Shown here: piece after piece, positions 16,554-20,000 of the stretch
Numbering within the stretch: position 1 is the stretch's first letter
Layout of the letters: every line of letters starts with the position of its first letter
Source: an uncultured virus (IMG/VR IMGVR_UViG_3300043424_000625)
Taxonomy: Duplodnaviria > Heunggongvirae > Uroviricota > Caudoviricetes
Length of the DNA: 20,000 nt
Virus record (IMG/VR): IMGVR_UViG_3300043424_000625
Span: 55,644 to 75,643 of that record
Reading direction: 5' to 3' (one strand)
Translations under genes and position numbers: made by a program
The notes under the pieces: model-generated
Database searches by the model: none
Seen by the model: only the letters and a program-made list of their open reading frames with translations
What the model was told of the DNA's origin: nothing

Positions 16554-17123
16554 TTAGAACATCGAAGATACGTAGTCTGTCAGCTTGGAGGCGACGGGTC
16601 CCTGCACATCGAGAGGATTCTGGGCCGAGAAGGGACTCATACTGCCCTCCAGGGTCATGGCGTTTGCCATTTGTCTAGAGGCTCCTACCCTTCGCAGCCC
16701 AGCTTTCGCGAGAGATCCCTTCAAGCCCGCGATCGCGTACCCTGGACCAATTGTCTGTAGACTCTGTGAAAAGTCGTCGACCAGCGGGGTCGCTTTAAGG
16801 GCACCCATCTGCGCCGCGCTTCCAAGGCGCCCTAAACCTCTTACGAAACGATTCGAACTCTGCATCGCTTTCAGCGCAGAAGCAGGAGTGAAGATTGCTT
16901 GCTTCTCAAGTTCGTCTCCGAAGAAGTGCAACGCTTCTGGAGATAGGGCCGAGGCGGTTTTTGAGACCCGCTCTTTCGCTTTCGTGATCTTTCCGTTCTT
17001 TGTTCTTATCTTCTGCGACAATGTGACGCCGTCAACCTTGACTCTCCGGTCGAGTGCTCCCCGGCTTTTGCCATTCACAGAGCTGGAGGAACTGACAGAT
17101 GACATGAGGACGCTGGACGGCAT
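16554..17123 (-). CDS. Orphan protein (189 aa) with SKTA and HFFGDELEKQA motifs
   Basis: ATG 17123 preceded by AGGTG, directly after the terminator T-run. Basic N-terminus, then Gly/Ala-rich region after KQA. Confidence 0.7.
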   Translation of the reverse strand: MPSSVLMSSVSSSSSVNGKSRGALDRRVKVDGVTLSQKIRTKNGKITKAKERVSKTASALSPEALHFFGDELEKQAIFTPASALKAMQSSNRFVRGLGRLGSAAQMGALKATPLVDDFSQSLQTIGPGYAIAGLKGSLAKAGLRRVGASRQMANAMTLEGSMSPFSAQNPLDVQGPVASKLTDYVSSMF

Positions 17124-17135
17124 TGTGCACCTGCT

Positions 17136-17155
17136 AAAAAAGGGCCGTGAGGCCC
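17136..17155 (-). terminator. Intrinsic terminator after the topoisomerase gene
   Basis: Minus strand GGGCC-TCAC-GGCCC followed by T6. Confidence 0.75.
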
Positions 17156-17188
17156 AGTATATCCTACAGCAGCCCTCGCGGGCGACTG

Positions 17189-19075
17189 TCAAATCGTGAC
17201 TTCGAGCCCTCCTCCTTGTGAGAGAAGCTCCATCAGCATTTCATAGCGTACCTCCACATCCTTCCCGAGGAGGCCGTTGATGGTCTCCTCCGTGATGTCG
17301 GCGTCACGCTCGTTAATCGTGACCCGCTCCAACCGGCGGTTCTTCGGATTCATCGCGGTGTCCCACAACATCGCGGGAGGCATCTCCCCCAAGCCCTTGA
17401 ACCTCGTGACCTGCGGGTGACTGCGAGGGTGCGCGGTCAGTAGTTTGTTGAGCGCCTTCTCGTCGCGAACCCAATGTGTTGCCTTGCCAATGTCGACTCG
17501 GTACAGAGGTGGCACCGCCAAGAACACTCTGCCATCCAGTATAAGATCGGGAAGGAAGCGGAAGAAGAAGGTCATCGCCAAGACTGCGATGTGGTCTCCG
17601 TCGCTATCCGCATCCATCAGAAGAATGATCTTTCCGTACCTCAGCTTGCGAATGTCGAAGGTTGACCCGATTCCACACCCCAAGGCATCTACGATGTTCT
17701 TGAGCTCCTCGTTCTGCATGGCCTTTGCCAAGCTGAGGTTCTCGGAGTTCATGATCTTCCCGCGAAGCGCGAGGATGGCCTGCGTCTTGCGGTCTCTCGC
17801 CATCTTGGCAGATCCGCCAGCGGAGTCTCCTTCGACCAAGAACAGTTCGGTACTGTCCCGATCGCTGGAGCTGCAATCTGAGAGTTTGCCCGGAAGGCGC
17901 AGCCGGTTGACCGGGCCCGACCGAGAGACTGCCTCGCTTGCCGTGCGGGCCGCTGCGCGCGCCTGTGCTGCCTTGACGATCCGGCGAACCAGCTCCGTTG
18001 ACTGTCTCGGATTTGCATTCAGCCAAGAGGTCGCTGCCGCACGGATCACGGGCTCTGTCTTCTTCTCGACTTCGGGGTTGTTGAGCCGATCCTTCGTCTG
18101 CCCTTGGAACTGAGGATCCTCCACAAACACCGAGACGAGAAGCACCATGCCCTCACGGATGTCGTTGGGCGTGATCTTCAGCTTCTTGGGAACTTCCTTG
18201 TGATCGGACATCAAATCGCGGATCGCAGCAACGACACCGCCATCCACCGCCTTCTCGTGCGTGCCTCCGTCCCGAGTCGGGATGGCATTCGCGTAGGACT
18301 TCGAGACAGTCGCAGTGGAGCCTGTCCATGAAACCACGGCCTGAACCCGAGGGTTGTCGGTGTCCACGACCAGGGGGAAGTCCGTGATGATGTCATCGCT
18401 TTGCGAGCGGAGGAGCTCGCCCATGAAGTCCACCAGTCCGCCGGTGAAGCAGAACTTCTCGGACTTGCCACGGCTGCGGAGGTGGAACTCAACACCTGGC
18501 GTGAGGTACGCCCGGATCTTCATTCTCTCCTTCACAGTCTCGTAATCGAACTCCTGTTCCCCAAAGATCTGCGGATCAGGACGGAACGAGACTGTGGTCC
18601 CCCGATCACGGGACTTGCTGATCTCGAGATCGCCTTGGGGCACGCCCCGAGAAAACTCGCGCACAGCGTTTTGCCCGTTGCGCGAGGAGCTGACCACCAT
18701 CTGCACAGACAGCGCGTTGACCACGCTGCTGCCAACGCCATGCAAGCCACCGGAGGTCTTGTAGGCCCCATCTCCGAACTTACCGCCCGCGTGCAGGACG
18801 GTGAAGATGACATCGAGCGCGGAGGTTCCTGTCTTCGGATGGATGTCGAAGGGAATGCCGCGGCCATCATCTGTGACCTCGGCCGTGTCTCCCTCCAGCT
18901 CAACGTAGATCTTCCGGGCATGGCCCGCGATCGCCTCATCCACCGAGTTGTCGAGGATCTCCCAGAGGAGATGATGAAACCCGGCGGCATCCGTGCCACC
19001 AATGTACATGCCCGGACGTTTACGTACCGCCTCCAGTCCTTCGAGGACCGTAATACTACTTGCATCGTAGCTCAT
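17189..19075 (-). CDS. gyrB: Type IIA DNA topoisomerase subunit B (GyrB/ParE family; 628 aa; gyrB vs parE not resolved)
   Basis: LEGLEAVRKRPGMYIG, EILDNSVDE, DDGRGIP, LHAGGKF, SGGLHGVG, FQGQTK, LPGKL, TOPRIM VEGDSAGGS, LRGK, DADSDG, RFKGLGEM. AGGAG RBS favours ATG 19075. Confidence 0.93.
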   Translation of the reverse strand: MSYDASSITVLEGLEAVRKRPGMYIGGTDAAGFHHLLWEILDNSVDEAIAGHARKIYVELEGDTAEVTDDGRGIPFDIHPKTGTSALDVIFTVLHAGGKFGDGAYKTSGGLHGVGSSVVNALSVQMVVSSSRNGQNAVREFSRGVPQGDLEISKSRDRGTTVSFRPDPQIFGEQEFDYETVKERMKIRAYLTPGVEFHLRSRGKSEKFCFTGGLVDFMGELLRSQSDDIITDFPLVVDTDNPRVQAVVSWTGSTATVSKSYANAIPTRDGGTHEKAVDGGVVAAIRDLMSDHKEVPKKLKITPNDIREGMVLLVSVFVEDPQFQGQTKDRLNNPEVEKKTEPVIRAAATSWLNANPRQSTELVRRIVKAAQARAAARTASEAVSRSGPVNRLRLPGKLSDCSSSDRDSTELFLVEGDSAGGSAKMARDRKTQAILALRGKIMNSENLSLAKAMQNEELKNIVDALGCGIGSTFDIRKLRYGKIILLMDADSDGDHIAVLAMTFFFRFLPDLILDGRVFLAVPPLYRVDIGKATHWVRDEKALNKLLTAHPRSHPQVTRFKGLGEMPPAMLWDTAMNPKNRRLERVTINERDADITEETINGLLGKDVEVRYEMLMELLSQGGGLEVTI

Positions 19076-19103
19076 TCGCATCTCCTATGTGTGGGGCTAC
19101 TCC

Positions 19104-19131
19104 TTGCTTATGACGGCGTACACGGTACACT
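19104..19131 (+). promoter_or_regulatory. Possible sigma70-type promoter for a small + strand RNA
   Basis: TTGCTT-N16-TACACT, immediately upstream of two hairpins and a + strand T-run. Confidence 0.45.
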
Positions 19132-19136
19132 TTCCA

Positions 19137-19208
19137 TGCCTCCGGGAATCGGCACCCGTAGAGGCAGGCCCCTCGGAAGACGCCTCCGCTTCCGAGGGGC
19201 CTTTTTTT
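19137..19208 (+). ncRNA. Candidate ~70-nt small RNA (hairpin plus terminator)
   Basis: Hairpin 1: TGCCTC-CGGG/CCCG-TA-GAGGCA (19137-19166). Hairpin 2: 14-bp stem (19166-19202) plus T7. Polarity is opposite to both flanking genes. Confidence 0.45.
19166..19208 (+). terminator. Strong intrinsic terminator with + strand polarity
   Basis: AGGCCCCTCGGAAG-ACGCCTCCG-CTTCCGAGGGGCCT followed by a T-run (19202-19208). Confidence 0.8.
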
Positions 19209-19554
19209 ACCATCGACTCGTGTCAGGGTCGTTCCTGTAGCCATTCAACTCGCTCTGGAGCCTCCGCCTGTCATCTTCGAGCTTCTCGACAGTGGCTTCC
19301 AGAGACTCCAGCTCTTTCGCAAGGTTGTCGGCAATCCGGATGGCCTCGCGGACGGAGGAAGAATCCAGCACCTCCAGAAGCTCGGACACCTTCGGATAAT
19401 CCTCCAGATGCTCCCGGAGTTCCATGAGGTACAGCCCGTGCACCCCTTCGCTTTCTGCCCATGTGGCAAGAGCAAAGAGGATTCGGGACAGTGCCTTGTC
19501 GCGCGAGAGGTTGATGTCTTTGATCTCTTGAAGCAGCGCATCTTTCTCAGTCAT
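19207..19554 (-). CDS. Hypothetical coiled-coil protein (115 aa)
   Basis: GAGGAG RBS, ATGA overlap with the upstream gene, heptad-like C-terminus (LAKELESLEATVEKLEDDRRRLQSEL). Confidence 0.75.
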   Translation of the reverse strand: MTEKDALLQEIKDINLSRDKALSRILFALATWAESEGVHGLYLMELREHLEDYPKVSELLEVLDSSSVREAIRIADNLAKELESLEATVEKLEDDRRRLQSELNGYRNDPDTSRW

Positions 19555-20000
19555 GTGGTCTCCTCGGTATCAGTGGACTCTTCAATCGTTCGAAGCGGCA
19601 TGAGGGTGATCACCACCTCCTCAATGTCTGCCCACCAATCGTCGTTAGATTCGACCGTCTCACAGCGGAGCGTGATCGGGTGCAGGTAAGAGACTTGCGC
19701 GATGTGGACGAACTGGACCGGAAGTTTCGGACCAGTTGGGTATAGCAGCTTGAGGGTTTCGGTAATCGCCGCAAGAAGCGCGAGGCTTACCCCCAGGTTG
19801 GGAACGAGGTTCACCCCGACCGGGGACGGGTCTCTGTCGGTCGAGTCCAGCGCGGACTCGATGCTCTTCCAGGTGGAGGATCCCTCATCGAAATCAACTG
19901 GGGCGATGTCGGCGTCGCGTCCCAGCTTTGCAATTCTTTTGATGTCCTCGAATGAGATGAGGACATCCAGCATGTCATCCTCGAGTTCTGGATCGTAGTA
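19551..20000 (-). CDS. Hypothetical acidic protein (>=140 aa; frame open to the window edge)
   Basis: ORF 19551..19973 has no in-frame stop up to position 20000 (YYDPELEDDM...), so the true start may lie outside the window. Confidence 0.65.
   Translation of the reverse strand, partial: YYDPELEDDMLDVLISFEDIKRIAKLGRDADIAPVDFDEGSSTWKSIESALDSTDRDPSPVGVNLVPNLGVSLALLAAITETLKLLYPTGPKLPVQFVHIAQVSYLHPITLRCETVESNDDWWADIEEVVITLMPLRTIEESTDTEETT

Noticed and set aside
17445..19427. + strand ORFs (222, 279 and 112 aa) overlapping the topoisomerase gene and intergenic hairpins
   Set aside because: Shadow ORFs; two of them run through the strong + strand terminator at 19166-19208.
1..20000. Stop-codon reassignment, as in some large phages
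   Set aside because: TAG, TGA and TAA all end genes at positions coupled to the next start, and conserved proteins are full length in the standard code.
1..20000. CRISPR array, tRNA, rRNA, integrase, transposase, intron or intein
   Set aside because: No regularly spaced direct repeats, cloverleaf or recombinase motifs seen by eye; the topoisomerase and AAA+ genes are uninterrupted and of normal length.

Overview
This window looks like part of a large, GC-rich contractile-tailed (myovirus-type, probably jumbo) phage genome. Positions 1-8561 (+) form a virion morphogenesis block: the end of a Rho-N/HeH-like ORF, neck/head-tail-like proteins (one with a C4 zinc finger), a probable tail-completion protein, a very long 1256-aa tail sheath, a small Ig-like protein and a tail tube. 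No obvious tail-assembly chaperone or tape measure follows the tube. The rest alternates non-structural modules (MoxR-type AAA+ with an HExxH/vWA partner, a ParB-like protein, a type IIA topoisomerase B subunit), each closed by a hairpin-TTTTTTAG terminator, with small orphan and likely structural genes. The most notable unexplained signals are: (1) five scattered orphan proteins sharing a K-x-A motif, two with the near-identical HFFxDExxKxA, followed by Gly/Ala-rich or very basic cargo, suggesting a processing or virion-targeting leader system; (2) an ~118-nt multibranch RNA structure right after the tail tube gene; (3) a candidate ~70-nt sRNA with promoter, hairpin and terminator, divergent from the topoisomerase gene; (4) a shared GTCA(T/A)AA-N18-20-TAGGAGA leader upstream of the AAA+, ParB and topoisomerase genes. 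All product calls come from motif recognition only; no database searches were run.
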